From positions 128,001-192,000 of the forward strand of contig JBDREQ010000073.1 in assembly GCA_043819555.1 (NCBI GenBank): 64,000 nt of DNA, read 5' to 3'. The position numbers were made by a program, and so were the translations under genes. Shown piece by piece: positions 1 through 11,230 of this stretch (its first letter is position 1; the number at the start of each line of letters is the position of its first letter). The notes beneath the pieces were generated by a model that saw only the letters and a program-made list of their open reading frames with translations, did not search any database and had not been told where the DNA came from. Source of the stretch: Candidatus Zixiibacteriota bacterium. Lineage in GTDB: Bacteria > Zixibacteria > MSB-5A5 > GN15 > JAAZOE01.

Positions 1-73
1 GATATAAATAAAATTGCCCTCAAAGGTAATAAGACAAGCAGTCTTGATAATTCCGTAAAGGAGGGAATTTAAG

Positions 74-1540
74 ATGAAAAAATTTACGATCATTTCGATT
101 ATAGCGGCTTTCATGTTAATGCCGCTATCGGCCGTGTCGCAGACACTGGTCAAAGAGTATCATGATGGCCCCGAAAATCAACCGCTTGATATTGATGTCT
201 GGGTCGATAATGAGGACGGCATTTACTACAAAGGGGAAGAGATAACAATTTTTTTCCAAACTAACCGCGATTGTTACACCGCGATTTACAGCATAGATAC
301 AAGGGGCGATGTCAATCTTCTCTTCCCGGAAAATCCCCGGGATGATGGATTCATAGAAGGCGGCGAACTTTATTCAATTCCAGGCGGTTCTTCCGATTAT
401 AGCCTGATTGTATCAGGGCCGGAAGGAATCGAACATATCCAGGCCGTGGCATCGGTAGAAATGATCGAAATGCCGCGCTGGTACGATGGAGCCAATATAA
501 CGCTGGGGGCGTATGAAGATCCTGAAGATTTCATCGAGGAAATTAACGAACGGTATTTCAAATGCCGCTGGGATGATTGTTTTCGGGCGTACGATCATAC
601 CTCGATTTACGTTAAGACATCACAATACTACTATAAACCGGTCTATGTTCCGACGCATTGGTACGATGATCCTTATTATTCGATGATATATATTGATTAT
701 CCTTATGGCGGGGAAATATATGTTGATGGCATCTTTATTGGAATCGCTCCGCTATGGGTGCCAAGAATCGTCGTTGGATGGCATTGGTTCACCATCTATG
801 ATCGTTTTGGCTATTGCTGGGAGCATCATTGGAATGTTGTTCATAATACAACCATTTACTTTGATCGGGACATAGTCAAAACAAGTCGCAGTAAGGTCAG
901 TCGCTACAAAGATATTCGTACTCAATCACAGAAATACCGGAAATCCGATTATGTCCTTTCGGATAAGAGGCTTAAAACGTCACGAACCGAATCTACCCGG
1001 ATCAAAACCGACAAGTTTTCGCGACCTGGGACAGGGAGAAAAATTGATAAAGGCACCGGTGAGCGCACGACTGGATCTACCAAATCGAAAGCTCGTATCG
1101 ATTCTCGGAAAGGGACCCAGAGTACCAAAAAGACCGATAATCGCTGGGATAGCTGGAATACCAGAAAATCTGAATCGAAGAAGGTTGACAAATCTAAGAG
1201 AAGTAATACTGTCCGTTCGACCAAGCGGGAAATGAGCAAAGTCCCGAGCAAATCCAGAAGTCCAGAGCAATCCAAAGCGGTAAAGCAAAGTGGCGACCCA
1301 AAAAAATCAACAGGTCCTGCTCTCAGGAAAAGCGATTCACCGAAACCGACCAAATCACAGCCAACACAGCGCTCCGCCCCGACCAAGAAAAAAGGCGGGG
1401 GCTCTGCAAGCGTAAAGTCTTCTTCTAAAACCTCCGGCAGTTATGAAAGCTCCGGAGGTTCCAATAAAAGGCAGGCCAATTTAAGCAAATCATCGAAATC
1501 AAATTCGTTATCCAAGACAGGAGGTTCCAAAAAACGCTAA
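74..1540 (+). CDS. Secreted DUF4384 + PEGA-like domain protein with long Lys/Ser/Arg-rich C-terminal tail
   Basis: Signal peptide; DUF4384-like 'DVWVD..GIYYKGEEITIFFQTNRDCY..IDTRGDVNLLFP'; PEGA-like 'GGEIYVDGIFIGIAPL'; ~200 aa basic low-complexity tail; GGAGGG SD upstream. Confidence 0.75.
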   Translation: MKKFTIISIIAAFMLMPLSAVSQTLVKEYHDGPENQPLDIDVWVDNEDGIYYKGEEITIFFQTNRDCYTAIYSIDTRGDVNLLFPENPRDDGFIEGGELYSIPGGSSDYSLIVSGPEGIEHIQAVASVEMIEMPRWYDGANITLGAYEDPEDFIEEINERYFKCRWDDCFRAYDHTSIYVKTSQYYYKPVYVPTHWYDDPYYSMIYIDYPYGGEIYVDGIFIGIAPLWVPRIVVGWHWFTIYDRFGYCWEHHWNVVHNTTIYFDRDIVKTSRSKVSRYKDIRTQSQKYRKSDYVLSDKRLKTSRTESTRIKTDKFSRPGTGRKIDKGTGERTTGSTKSKARIDSRKGTQSTKKTDNRWDSWNTRKSESKKVDKSKRSNTVRSTKREMSKVPSKSRSPEQSKAVKQSGDPKKSTGPALRKSDSPKPTKSQPTQRSAPTKKKGGGSASVKSSSKTSGSYESSGGSNKRQANLSKSSKSNSLSKTGGSKKR

Positions 1541-1596
1541 TGCAACGATTGTTTTATATGGTATTTAATGATAAATAGCATATATTGAAAGATATT

Positions 1597-1896
1597 ATGA
1601 AAAAAGTTATCAAAATATTTATAGCTTTCTGGCTGGTACTTTTTTTGGCAGGCGTTGCCGCGGCCGTAGATAAGTCCAGGAAAAAGGAAAATCCCAAACC
1701 GGATTCCGTGAAAGTTGTGAAGCAGAAACCTGCCACAGATCAGAATCAATCTACCAGCCAACAGAAGAAATATGATAATTTTATAGATAACAATAACAAT
1801 GGTATTGACGATCGGGCGGAAAAAAACAAAGCAACATCGACCCCAAAAGAAAAATCGAAAAAAACCGTAAAAAAAGATAAACCTCCACCCCCATAA
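1597..1896 (+). CDS. Small secreted basic hypothetical protein with a Ca-binding-like loop
   Basis: Signal peptide MKKVIKIF..AAA; DNFIDNNNNGIDD resembles a Dx[DN]xDG-type loop; ATG 1597 chosen over TTG 1585. Confidence 0.6.
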   Translation: MKKVIKIFIAFWLVLFLAGVAAAVDKSRKKENPKPDSVKVVKQKPATDQNQSTSQQKKYDNFIDNNNNGIDDRAEKNKATSTPKEKSKKTVKKDKPPPP

Positions 1897-1947
1897 TACA
1901 TTTCATCTCGCAGGGAACTTCTTAATCTTTACTCAGTTAAATAATGG

Positions 1948-1974
1948 TTGACAAATAGAAGATTTATGTATTTT
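1948..1974 (+). promoter_or_regulatory. sigma70-type promoter of the hrcA-dnaK operon
   Basis: TTGACA at 1948-1953, TATTTT at 1969-1974 (short 15-nt spacer), directly before the CIRCE. Confidence 0.55.
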
Positions 1975-2001
1975 TTGTCACTCGTTAAAGGAGAGTGCCA
2001 A
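1975..2001 (+). promoter_or_regulatory. CIRCE element (HrcA operator)
   Basis: TTGTCACTC-N9-GAGTGCCAA versus consensus TTAGCACTC-N9-GAGTGCTAA, immediately upstream of hrcA. Confidence 0.9.
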
Positions 2002-2024
2002 TTTGACGCTATCCCATTGAATGA

Positions 2025-3071
2025 TTGGATATTATCGTGGCTTTTGAGAATCTTTCCGTTCGTGAAAAAGAGGTGCTGGCATGCCTGGTTTCTCACTATG
2101 TGGAAACGGCTGATCCGGTAGGCTCGCGGGTCATTGCCAATAAATTCAAACTGGGCATTTCGCCGGCGACAATCCGAAATACAATGCAGGACCTTGAGGA
2201 AATGGGTATGGTAACCCAGCCTCATACTTCGGCGGGACGGATTCCAACAGATTCCGGTTATCGGCTGTATGTTGATATGCTACTTGGCCGAGAAATGCTG
2301 ACAGAATCTGAGAAGAAGGCAATTAATGATCGCCTTAGCCCCGGATATGGAGGAATAGATTCAGTTCTTGAGCAAACATCAAGAGTGCTGGCAAATCTGT
2401 CCAATCAGATAGGCTTGACAGTTTCACCCAAGCTTGATAATTCAATCCTTACCAGAATTGAACTAATACCTATGGCTGAGGGTAGGGTTTTAGTGGTGCT
2501 GGTGTTTCGCTCAGGGCTGGCCAGGACGATTCTTCTTGAAATTGAAGCGTCCATTGGAAATGATGAATTATCGAAAATGTCGCAGGTTTTAAATGAGAAA
2601 TTATCAGGATTGACACTTGGGGAAATAAGAAATACGATCCAGAAAAGATTGTCAGGCTCGCGGGGGAATCCTCGTTTGTTAAGGATTTTTCTGGATGAAA
2701 ACTCAGAGATTTGGAATAGTGTTTCGACAAATCAATTACATATTGGAGGAACCGAAAATCTTTTGGGAAAACCGGAATTCGCTAACCGCAAGAAATTACA
2801 GGATTTGATTCGTTTGCTGGAAACACCGGCAGAACTAATTCATGAATTGAATGCCGAATCTGATTTGAATAGCGGTCTTATTATAACGATTGGCGCGGAA
2901 AACAAAGCCAAAGAGATTCAATCCTGTTCGGTCGTTTCGGCTTCGTATAAGGTGGGCTCAACTTCAGGTACTATCGGCGTGATAGGGCCGACAAGAATGC
3001 CCTATGGTAAGTTGGCATCTCTGGTCAAATATGCGGCTCGTCAACTGAGTAAAGCGCTTAAAAACAATTAG
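2025..3071 (+). CDS. hrcA: Heat-inducible transcription repressor HrcA (start may be GTG 2037)
   Basis: PVGSR, SPATIRN..DLEE.G...QPHTSAGRIPT and IGVIGPTRM.Y motifs; upstream of grpE-dnaK. Confidence 0.97.
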   Translation: MDIIVAFENLSVREKEVLACLVSHYVETADPVGSRVIANKFKLGISPATIRNTMQDLEEMGMVTQPHTSAGRIPTDSGYRLYVDMLLGREMLTESEKKAINDRLSPGYGGIDSVLEQTSRVLANLSNQIGLTVSPKLDNSILTRIELIPMAEGRVLVVLVFRSGLARTILLEIEASIGNDELSKMSQVLNEKLSGLTLGEIRNTIQKRLSGSRGNPRLLRIFLDENSEIWNSVSTNQLHIGGTENLLGKPEFANRKKLQDLIRLLETPAELIHELNAESDLNSGLIITIGAENKAKEIQSCSVVSASYKVGSTSGTIGVIGPTRMPYGKLASLVKYAARQLSKALKNN

Positions 3072-3101
3072 AAGTTATTAAAACAAAATTATGGATGGAA
3101 T

Positions 3102-3734
3102 ATGGGAAAGAATAAAGATAAAAGTGAGAATGAAGTTATAGACGAAAAGACGGAGATTGAGGATTCTGAAGTTTCTGAAAATGAAACTGAAATAAAAGAA
3201 GAATCTGAAGGCCCTTCGGATGCTATTATCGATGATGAAAAAACAAAATCTGCACCGGAAGAAATTCAGCCGCCAGAATCTGAATCCGAGAGGTATATCA
3301 GGCTTGCCGCGGAATTCGACAATTATAAAAAACGCACAGCTCGCGAATTTGGAGATTTAATAAAAACAGCCAATACACGTTTGCTGCGGTCACTGGTACA
3401 AATTGCGGATAATTTTGAACGAGCTCTGGATAAAAATAATATTAATGATAATGTCGAAGCATATAAACAAGGCATCGAACTGATTTATAATCAATTCGCC
3501 GAACTTCTGATTAAGGAAAATGTCAAACCGATTGAAGCGATTGGTAAGGCTTTTGATCCCAATTTGCATGAAGCTATGATACAGCAGAATTCCGATGATT
3601 ACGAGGAAGGTGTAGTCATGGAGGAGATTCAAAAAGGATATCAAATCAATGATAGGGTTTTGCGCCATGCCGGCGTCATCGTTAGCTCCGGTCCAAAACC
3701 GAAAAAGGATAAAGAAGAAAATTCTGACAAATAA
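3102..3734 (+). CDS. grpE: Nucleotide exchange factor GrpE
   Basis: RLAAEFDNYKKR, DNFERAL, FDPNLHEA, QKGY...RVLR. Confidence 0.97.
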   Translation: MGKNKDKSENEVIDEKTEIEDSEVSENETEIKEESEGPSDAIIDDEKTKSAPEEIQPPESESERYIRLAAEFDNYKKRTAREFGDLIKTANTRLLRSLVQIADNFERALDKNNINDNVEAYKQGIELIYNQFAELLIKENVKPIEAIGKAFDPNLHEAMIQQNSDDYEEGVVMEEIQKGYQINDRVLRHAGVIVSSGPKPKKDKEENSDK

Positions 3735-3754
3735 ATATGCGGAGGGTCTGATAG

Positions 3755-5689
3755 ATGGGCAAAGTTATAGGAATTGATTTAGGAACGACCAATTCATGTG
3801 TCGCGGTTCTCGAAGGCGGCTCGCCGGTTGTTATACCCAATACCGAAGGTGGACGCACGACACCATCAATTGTTGCCTTTACCAGGGACGGTGAAAAACT
3901 GGTAGGCGCATCTGCAAAAAGACAGGCCATTACCAACTCTGAAAATACGGTTTTTTCTATAAAAAGATTTATGGGTCGTCAACATAATGAGGTTAGCGCC
4001 GAAGAAAAAATCGTACCTTATAAAGTGGTTGCCGATGAAGGGGGAGATGTCAGAATAGAAGTCGGTGGTAAAAATTACGCGCCGCCCGAAATATCGGCAA
4101 TGATTCTGCAAAACCTGAAAAAGACCGCAGAAGAATACCTCGGGGGCGAAGTGACCCAGGCAGTAATTACCGTGCCGGCTTATTTTAATGATAGCCAGCG
4201 TCAGGCCACCAAAGATGCCGGACGAATTGCCGGGCTGGAAGTTTTGCGCATTATCAATGAACCGACAGCGGCATCATTGGCTTACGGTTTGGATAAGAAA
4301 GAAAACAAAAAAATCGCCGTCTATGATTTGGGCGGTGGAACATTTGATGTCTCGATTCTGGAGTTGGGTGAAGGTGTTTTTGAAGTTCGTTCCACGAACG
4401 GCGACGGGCATCTCGGCGGAGATGATTTCGATCAGAAGATTATTGACTGGATGGCGGATGAATTTAAAAAGTCAAATGGAATTGATCTGCGGAAGGATCG
4501 CATGGCTTTGCAGCGCCTGAAAGAAGCGGGAGAAAAAGCAAAAGTTGAGCTCTCATCCACAATGCAGACTAATATTAATCTGCCGTTTATAACTGCCGAT
4601 CAAGCTGGACCCAGGCATCTTGATTTGACTTTGACGCGCGCCAAATTCGAGGCTTTGTGTGATGATTTGATTGAACGAACTATTGAACCTTGCCGTAAGG
4701 CTCTCGATGATGGCAAAGTGGTTCCGTCTGATATTGATGAAGTTATACTTGTCGGCGGGATGACACGGATGCCTAAGGTTCAGGAAACGGTAAAAATGCT
4801 GTTTGGCCGGGACCCTAATCGTTCGGTAAACCCGGATGAAGTCGTTGCGATCGGCGCGGCGATTCAGGGTGGTGTACTGGCCGGCGATTTAAAAGATGTA
4901 GTGTTGCTTGATGTGACACCGTTGTCGCTGGGAATTGAAACTCTGGGCGCGGTAATGACAAGATTGATTGACCGCAATACAACTATCCCGACTCGAAAAT
5001 CTCAGATATTTTCGACCGCGTCTGATAATCAGCCGGCGGTTTCAATTCATGTCATGCAGGGTGAGCGAGAAATGGCAATTGATAATCGTACCTTGGGCCG
5101 CTTTGATTTGGTTGGAATTCCTCCGGCGCCGCGAGGAATACCTCAAATTGAAGTGACTTTTGATATTGATGCCAATGGTATAGTTCACGTTTCGGCCAAA
5201 GATCTCGGGACCGGAAAAGAGCAAAAAATAAAAATTGAGTCATCTTCCGGGCTATCGGAAGAGGAAATCGAGAAGATGGTCAAGGACGCGGATGCCAATG
5301 TTGAGGCCGATAAGGCCAAAAAGGAATTGATTCAGGCTCGTAACGAAGCCGATCAGTTGGTTTATACGACCGAAAAAACTCTCAAAGAATATGGTGATAA
5401 AGTTAGTGAGGAAGAAAAGAAAGCTATCGAAGAAGGCATTGAGAAATTGAAATCCACGATGACTTCGGAAGATACTCAAACGATTAAATCCGCGTGCGAG
5501 GAATTAATGCAGGCATCTCATAAACTGGCTGCGGAAATGTATAAGCAGGCTGGCGATCAGGCAGGCGAACAAGCCGATGGTCAGCCCGGTCCTGATGCCG
5601 GCGAGACTGACACTTCTCAAGCCGCTGGAGCTCAGGACGGGGCCGTTGATGCTGATTTTGAAGTCGTAGATGATGACGAGAAGAAATGA
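3755..5689 (+). CDS. dnaK: Chaperone DnaK (Hsp70)
   Basis: [37 protein letters not shown]. Confidence 0.99.
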   Translation: MGKVIGIDLGTTNSCVAVLEGGSPVVIPNTEGGRTTPSIVAFTRDGEKLVGASAKRQAITNSENTVFSIKRFMGRQHNEVSAEEKIVPYKVVADEGGDVRIEVGGKNYAPPEISAMILQNLKKTAEEYLGGEVTQAVITVPAYFNDSQRQATKDAGRIAGLEVLRIINEPTAASLAYGLDKKENKKIAVYDLGGGTFDVSILELGEGVFEVRSTNGDGHLGGDDFDQKIIDWMADEFKKSNGIDLRKDRMALQRLKEAGEKAKVELSSTMQTNINLPFITADQAGPRHLDLTLTRAKFEALCDDLIERTIEPCRKALDDGKVVPSDIDEVILVGGMTRMPKVQETVKMLFGRDPNRSVNPDEVVAIGAAIQGGVLAGDLKDVVLLDVTPLSLGIETLGAVMTRLIDRNTTIPTRKSQIFSTASDNQPAVSIHVMQGEREMAIDNRTLGRFDLVGIPPAPRGIPQIEVTFDIDANGIVHVSAKDLGTGKEQKIKIESSSGLSEEEIEKMVKDADANVEADKAKKELIQARNEADQLVYTTEKTLKEYGDKVSEEEKKAIEEGIEKLKSTMTSEDTQTIKSACEELMQASHKLAAEMYKQAGDQAGEQADGQPGPDAGETDTSQAAGAQDGAVDADFEVVDDDEKK

Positions 5690-5706
5690 TATAGCCTAAG
5701 GTACTG

Positions 5707-6864
5707 ATGGAGAAAAGAGATTATTACGAAATATTGGGTGTTGATCGATCAGCTTCCGAAGATGATATAAAAAGGGCGTATCGCAAATTGGCGATGCAAT
5801 ATCACCCGGATCGAAATCCGGGTAATGCTCAGGCCGAAGCCAATTTCAAAGAAGCCACTGAAGCCTACGAAGTTTTAAAAGATCCTCAGAAACGGCAGAC
5901 CTATAACCAATTTGGACATGCCGGTCTGGGGCAGGGTTCCGGATTCGGAGGAGGCGGATTTGGTTTCGAAGGTTTTGATTTATCCGATGCCTTGAGGGCA
6001 TTCATGCGTGATTTCGGCGGTTTTGGAGGATATGAAGATATTTTTGGGGGCGGCGGTCGAAGGCAAAGAGTTAACAATCGCGGCCGCGATCAGCAGGTTC
6101 GATTAAGTTTGACTCTTGAAGAAATTGCCGTCGGCATCAGAAAAAAAATCAAAGTCAAACAAAGAGTGTCGTGCCCTGAATGCTCAGGGTATGGAAGCGC
6201 GCCCGGCAGCGGCAAGAAAACTTGCCCGCAATGTAAAGGCAGTGGCCAGATTCGGCGCATTACCAGATCGCTATTTGGCCAGATGGTCAATATCGCCACC
6301 TGTGATGTTTGCCGCGGGGTTGGCCAGGTGATTTCAACGCCCTGTCCGATATGTCGCGGTGAGGGTCGAGTTCAGGATAGTATTACTGTGAATGTCGATA
6401 TTCCGGCCGGGGTGGCAGGCGGGAATTATATTCCAATTGAAGGCAAAGGCGAAGCCGGTTTGCAAGGGGGACCCCCGGGAGATTTAATTGTAGTTATTGA
6501 AGAAAAGGATCATGATATTTTTACGCGGCAGGATAATCATGTCATTTGCCAGCAATCAATATCATTCTTATCGGCGGTACTAGGAGATACAATTGAAATC
6601 CCGACTCTTGATGGAATGACCCGGCTCAATATCCCGGCAGGCACTCAAACGGGCAAGGTTTTCAGGATTAAGGGGAAGGGTATCCCATTTCTAAGGCGTA
6701 CAGGTCGAGGCGATCAGTTGGTGCAGGTTCAGATTTGGACGCCTAAAAAACTCAAGCCGGATGAAAAAATAATTCTGGAAAAGCTAATGCGTTCCCAATC
6801 ATTCGAACCGCCCAAATCAACCAAGTCATTTTTCTCCAAACTGAGAGATTCGCTCGGCGTATAG
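5707..6864 (+). CDS. dnaJ: Co-chaperone DnaJ
   Basis: J domain with HPD, G/F-rich region, four CxxCxGxG repeats. Confidence 0.99.
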   Translation: MEKRDYYEILGVDRSASEDDIKRAYRKLAMQYHPDRNPGNAQAEANFKEATEAYEVLKDPQKRQTYNQFGHAGLGQGSGFGGGGFGFEGFDLSDALRAFMRDFGGFGGYEDIFGGGGRRQRVNNRGRDQQVRLSLTLEEIAVGIRKKIKVKQRVSCPECSGYGSAPGSGKKTCPQCKGSGQIRRITRSLFGQMVNIATCDVCRGVGQVISTPCPICRGEGRVQDSITVNVDIPAGVAGGNYIPIEGKGEAGLQGGPPGDLIVVIEEKDHDIFTRQDNHVICQQSISFLSAVLGDTIEIPTLDGMTRLNIPAGTQTGKVFRIKGKGIPFLRRTGRGDQLVQVQIWTPKKLKPDEKIILEKLMRSQSFEPPKSTKSFFSKLRDSLGV

Positions 6865-6873
6865 GGGCAATCA

Positions 6874-7743
6874 ATGACAGAGGACGACTTATATATTGAG
6901 ATTTCCGTCCCTGTTCGACAATCTGATGTTGATGCCGTTTCGAATTATATTATAGAAAATATTGCCACCGGAATTCTTCTTGAAGATGAAGAAGGCAATT
7001 CGCATGCCATTCTTAGATTCTACCCTTTAAAAAATGTCGATATTAATTCCAAATTGAAAAGGTTTCGAAAATATCTCCGCGCGATAAATCCCGAATATAA
7101 AAAAACAGAAATGACCACAAAATTGATTAAAAGCCTTGATTGGATTGAGTCATATCGAAATTCAGTTACGCCTGTTTTCGCAGGAGACTCAGTAGTTATT
7201 ATTCCGCCCTGGAATACTGAAGATTACCCGGATAAAACAAGAATAATTATTGAGCCTAAAATGGCATTTGGTACCGGGCGGCATGAAACAACCCGGAGTT
7301 GCCTCGCGGTGATGGAAAGCGTTGATTTTAAAAATAATACAGTCCTTGACCTGGGATGCGGTTCAGGAGTTTTGGGCATTTATGCCGCGATAAAAGGGGC
7401 TTCAAGAATTCAGGGATATGATATCGATACCCTGGCAGTGGATAATAGCATCGAGAATTACGAGATAAATCATGTAAGTGATAAATGCACCGCCAAATTA
7501 GGAACAATAGATAATATCACGGATGAAAAATATGATGTGGGAATCGTTAACATAATTAAAGCCGTTATCCTTCCAATTATCCCCCGTCTCAAAGAGATTA
7601 TTCATCCGGGAGGTATTATGATACTCTCTGGATTAATGATAATCGACAGGAATGAAATCGAGAAAACCCTGAGCAATCACGGCCTGAATGAATATGATGT
7701 CCATCTTGACGCTGAATGGATTACCTATAAGGTTAAAATATGA
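6874..7743 (+). CDS. prmA: Ribosomal protein L11 methyltransferase PrmA
   Basis: IEPKMAFGTGRHETT, VLDLGCGSGVL; follows dnaJ. Confidence 0.95.
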   Translation: MTEDDLYIEISVPVRQSDVDAVSNYIIENIATGILLEDEEGNSHAILRFYPLKNVDINSKLKRFRKYLRAINPEYKKTEMTTKLIKSLDWIESYRNSVTPVFAGDSVVIIPPWNTEDYPDKTRIIIEPKMAFGTGRHETTRSCLAVMESVDFKNNTVLDLGCGSGVLGIYAAIKGASRIQGYDIDTLAVDNSIENYEINHVSDKCTAKLGTIDNITDEKYDVGIVNIIKAVILPIIPRLKEIIHPGGIMILSGLMIIDRNEIEKTLSNHGLNEYDVHLDAEWITYKVKI

Positions 7744-8483
7744 CGCATACTTTTATATACAAAGCAAGTGATAAAAATGATAATAGGATTATTCTAACCG
7801 GCAATGAAGCTCATCATGTTATTACTGTACTGAGGTTGCCCATTGGCGAAATTGTCCGGTTGATCGATGGCCAGGGGGAGGCGGAAATCTGTGAAATTGC
7901 AGGAATTTCAACAGGGTCCGTTGAATGCCGGATAATAAAACAAACTATAAATAGTGGTGAAGCGTCTTTATCGCTGACATTGGCAGTGGGTTTGTCACAA
8001 ACATCCAAATTTGACTCTGTTATTGAAAAAGGTACTGAGGTTGGTGTGAGGAATTTTGTCCCATTGATTACCGAAAAAAGTAAGGTAAAGATTGATAAGC
8101 ACGGCACGCTGTCTCGAAAGCAGAAACGCTGGCAACGTGTTTGTGAGGCAGCCGCGAAACAATCCGGTCGATCTATAATCCCTCATATCTGTGAGCCAAT
8201 TCCGTTGATGGCGTATTTGGACAAGATTAATTCTCAGACAACGATACTGTTTCATCCGGAGTGTACTCCTTTGGCCAATGCGAATATTTTCCGGGATTAT
8301 CCGGGCAACGAGTTAACAATCATTACGGGTCCCGAATCAGGGTTTTCGCCAGGCGAAATAGACCATGCTGTCAAGAAAGGCTTCGCGGTTTACAGCCTGG
8401 GGGAAAGGATTTTGAGGACTGAGACGGCCGGTATTGTAATTTCAGCTCTGGCAATTTATTTATTTGAATCGGCAAAAGCTTAG
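7740..8483 (+). CDS. rsmE: 16S rRNA m3U1498 methyltransferase RsmE
   Basis: HHVITVLR, EKGTEVGV, EAAAKQSGR, GPESGFS, LGERILRTETA. Confidence 0.95.
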   Translation: MTHTFIYKASDKNDNRIILTGNEAHHVITVLRLPIGEIVRLIDGQGEAEICEIAGISTGSVECRIIKQTINSGEASLSLTLAVGLSQTSKFDSVIEKGTEVGVRNFVPLITEKSKVKIDKHGTLSRKQKRWQRVCEAAAKQSGRSIIPHICEPIPLMAYLDKINSQTTILFHPECTPLANANIFRDYPGNELTIITGPESGFSPGEIDHAVKKGFAVYSLGERILRTETAGIVISALAIYLFESAKA

Positions 8484-8500
8484 TCTTTTATTTCCGATAC
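8474..8500 (+). promoter_or_regulatory. Putative sigma28-type promoter (pilD)
   Basis: AAAA-N15-TCCGATAC, 7 nt before the ATG. Confidence 0.5.
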
Positions 8501-8507
8501 AGTCTAT

Positions 8508-9293
8508 ATGGATAAGCAATTGTTAATATATTTATTATTGGCATTGACAGGGCTTTCAATCGGCTCATTTACAAATGTCCTGATTTATCGTCTGCCGAGA
8601 AAAATGCCATTAGTATTTTCTCGTTCTATCTGCCCCAATTGCCGCATGCCGATACCTTTTTACTGCAACATTCCGGTGCTATCATATATTTTATTATTGG
8701 GGCGCTGCAAAATATGCCGCCATCCTATTTCACCCCGGTATCCGCTCGTGGAAATTCTAAACGCCGCGGCCTATATTCTGCTTTATTATCTTAATGGCTG
8801 GTCGCCGCAATTGCCTATTCATTGTTTCCTGGCCTCGTCTCTGATAGTAATTTTTTTCATTGATCTTGAGTTCCAAATAATCCCCGATGCCATTACTATT
8901 CCCGGGATGATTATAGGGCTGGCCAGTGCGGTTTTTGTCAGCAATCTTGGGATTTTAAATTCAATTATTGGGTTTTTAGTTGGCGGCCTTTCACTTTTGG
9001 CAATTGCCTATCTGGGTGAATGGTTGTTCAAGAAAGAAGCGATGGGTGGCGGGGATATAAAAATGGCGGCGATGCTGGGGGCATTTGTCGGCTGGCAAAA
9101 AGTAATTCTCATATTTTTCGGCGGAGCCGTAATCGGTATGCTGGTTTCCATCGTCTGGATGCTGATATCCAGGAAAATTCGCCATGAGCGGGTAATTCCG
9201 TTCGGGCCGTTTTTGGCGCTGGCCGCTTTTATAATAATCATTTATGGCGAACAGATATTAGAATATTATATAAAAACGTTCCTTGTCGCCTAA
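8508..9293 (+). CDS. pilD: Prepilin peptidase/N-methyltransferase (A24A)
   Basis: GSFTNVLIYRLP, CPNC/CKIC Zn ligands, IDLE and MGGGDIK catalytic aspartates, IPFGPFLA. Confidence 0.95.
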   Translation: MDKQLLIYLLLALTGLSIGSFTNVLIYRLPRKMPLVFSRSICPNCRMPIPFYCNIPVLSYILLLGRCKICRHPISPRYPLVEILNAAAYILLYYLNGWSPQLPIHCFLASSLIVIFFIDLEFQIIPDAITIPGMIIGLASAVFVSNLGILNSIIGFLVGGLSLLAIAYLGEWLFKKEAMGGGDIKMAAMLGAFVGWQKVILIFFGGAVIGMLVSIVWMLISRKIRHERVIPFGPFLALAAFIIIIYGEQILEYYIKTFLVA

Positions 9294-9338
9294 AGCGTTA
9301 CCATCGAAAATACTAATTATTCGGAAAGCACTTCATTC

Positions 9339-9366
9339 TCAACGAAACTCCCTTTTATGCCGAAAT
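9339..9366 (+). promoter_or_regulatory. Putative sigma28-type promoter (histidine kinase)
   Basis: TCAA-N16-GCCGAAAT, 7 nt before the ATG. Confidence 0.45.
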
Positions 9367-9373
9367 ATAAAAT

Positions 9374-11230
9374 ATGCGCGCTCTATTAAATAGATATGAA
9401 ACTGATATCCGATTGGGATTGCTAATTATTGTAGTCCTCCTGATGCTTCTTAATATTAGTACAACTTTTCTGTTTTATCAGGCCAAAAGTCGGACAATTT
9501 CTGAAATTGACGAAAATCTTGCAGCGGCTTTGGATTTTGGCGCGGCCATGGTAGGAAAAAACCAAAAAGGAATATTGCTTCCCGAACAAGTTGAATATCT
9601 AAAAAGGAATTTTAATTTGTTGGGGGCGCATCTGCATAGCATAGATTCCATAGAGGTCTTTAATAAAGTGCCCAGCAAGTTAAATAGTCTGGACAAAACA
9701 TTTCCTTTAATTGAAGCCGAAGACTGGAAACGATTATGGCAAGGCGAGATGAAGTTTCATCGCGGGGGAATCGCCAGAATACGATATGGTCTTGCGGTTA
9801 ATCATATTTCCAAGGGGAAAGCAATTCTGCTGGCTTTCCATGCTGATTCTCGAATCGTGGATAATATCGGTCAGGCGTCGAAATACGCCATTTATCCGGC
9901 TATTGCGATTCTTATCCTGATAGTACCACTTACAATAATTCTGCCCCGAGTGATTTTGAAGCCGTTCAAACAAATGCGCAAAACAGCGGAGGAAGCCGGG
10001 CATCTCAAGTCGGTTTCCGATGGTGATGATGATGTAATACAGATAATAGATTCTTATAAAAAAAGCATTAAACAGCTAAAAGATAATGAGATTGAATTAA
10101 AACGCCTATATCAGGAAAGCTCAAACAAGGCCGAGCGGCTGGAAAGACTTAATCAATACATTCTAAAGTCCATTGCTTCGGGTATTATTAACGTCGATTT
10201 GACAGGAAAAATCATTGGTTATAATCGGGCTGCTGGTGAGATTCTTGGCTATCCGGATGACCTGGTGATGGGCAAGTATTATCTGGCTGCATTTCCGGAT
10301 GAACCCGAAGTAAATCGAATTATTGAGGCTGGATTGGAACGGGGTGAGAGTATTTGCCGGAGAGAACTGGAATTATACCGTCAGGGCAATATGCGGATAT
10401 GGCTGGGCATTGAAAGCTCTCAGATTTTCGATGATCAAAACCGGGCGATAGGCGTTACACTTTTAATAACGGATTTAACCGAAGTAAAGCAGCTTCAATC
10501 GGAATTGGAAATAAACAGACAAATGGCCGCGCTGGGCGAAATGACCGCGGGGCTGGCGCATCAACTGAGAAATTCTCTGGCGGCTATTTCAGGATTCTCT
10601 CAACTTCTCAAGAAAAAAACAAAAGGGGAATCATCAATATCCGAAATTGCCGATTCAATTCGGTCGGAATCTGCGGCTTCCGAACAAATGGTCCGCCGAT
10701 TTCTCGATTTTTCTCGCCCGCTCTCAATATCACATGAGTATATAGATTTTGGGAAGTTAATAGATGATATTGCGGAAAAATTCATGCTGATCGGTAAAGA
10801 GCGAAATATATCAATTGTAGTAAATCTAATGGTCGGACAAGTTCGAGTAATGGGGGATTTTCTATTATTAAAAGAGGCTATTTCAAATGTGATTGATAAT
10901 TCAATTCGGGAAATCAATCAAAATGGTACAATCGAAATATCCGCAGAAATTTGCTCCGGAAACGAAGCCGTTATTTCTATTACCGATGATGGCCCCGGAA
11001 TAGATAAGAAAATATTGAATAAACTATTTACTCCATTTGTTTCATCCAGACCTTCAGGAACGGGATTGGGACTTGCCTTGACGAGGAAAATAGTAAATTT
11101 GCATGATGGCAGTATTGGTTTTGATACGGGTTATCCCTCCGGAGCTCGCTGCGAAATTCGCCTTCCTATTATGGTCACCGCTGATATGGATAATCAGGCA
11201 TTTGATTCTTGTGCCGTCAAAAATGTGTAG
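9374..11230 (+). CDS. Membrane PAS-domain sensor histidine kinase (NtrB/PilS-like)
   Basis: Two TM segments, PAS (NRAAGEILGY), H-box AGLAHQLRNSL, N-box NVIDNS, G boxes DDGPGI and GTGLGL. Confidence 0.9.
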   Translation: MRALLNRYETDIRLGLLIIVVLLMLLNISTTFLFYQAKSRTISEIDENLAAALDFGAAMVGKNQKGILLPEQVEYLKRNFNLLGAHLHSIDSIEVFNKVPSKLNSLDKTFPLIEAEDWKRLWQGEMKFHRGGIARIRYGLAVNHISKGKAILLAFHADSRIVDNIGQASKYAIYPAIAILILIVPLTIILPRVILKPFKQMRKTAEEAGHLKSVSDGDDDVIQIIDSYKKSIKQLKDNEIELKRLYQESSNKAERLERLNQYILKSIASGIINVDLTGKIIGYNRAAGEILGYPDDLVMGKYYLAAFPDEPEVNRIIEAGLERGESICRRELELYRQGNMRIWLGIESSQIFDDQNRAIGVTLLITDLTEVKQLQSELEINRQMAALGEMTAGLAHQLRNSLAAISGFSQLLKKKTKGESSISEIADSIRSESAASEQMVRRFLDFSRPLSISHEYIDFGKLIDDIAEKFMLIGKERNISIVVNLMVGQVRVMGDFLLLKEAISNVIDNSIREINQNGTIEISAEICSGNEAVISITDDGPGIDKKILNKLFTPFVSSRPSGTGLGLALTRKIVNLHDGSIGFDTGYPSGARCEIRLPIMVTADMDNQAFDSCAVKNV

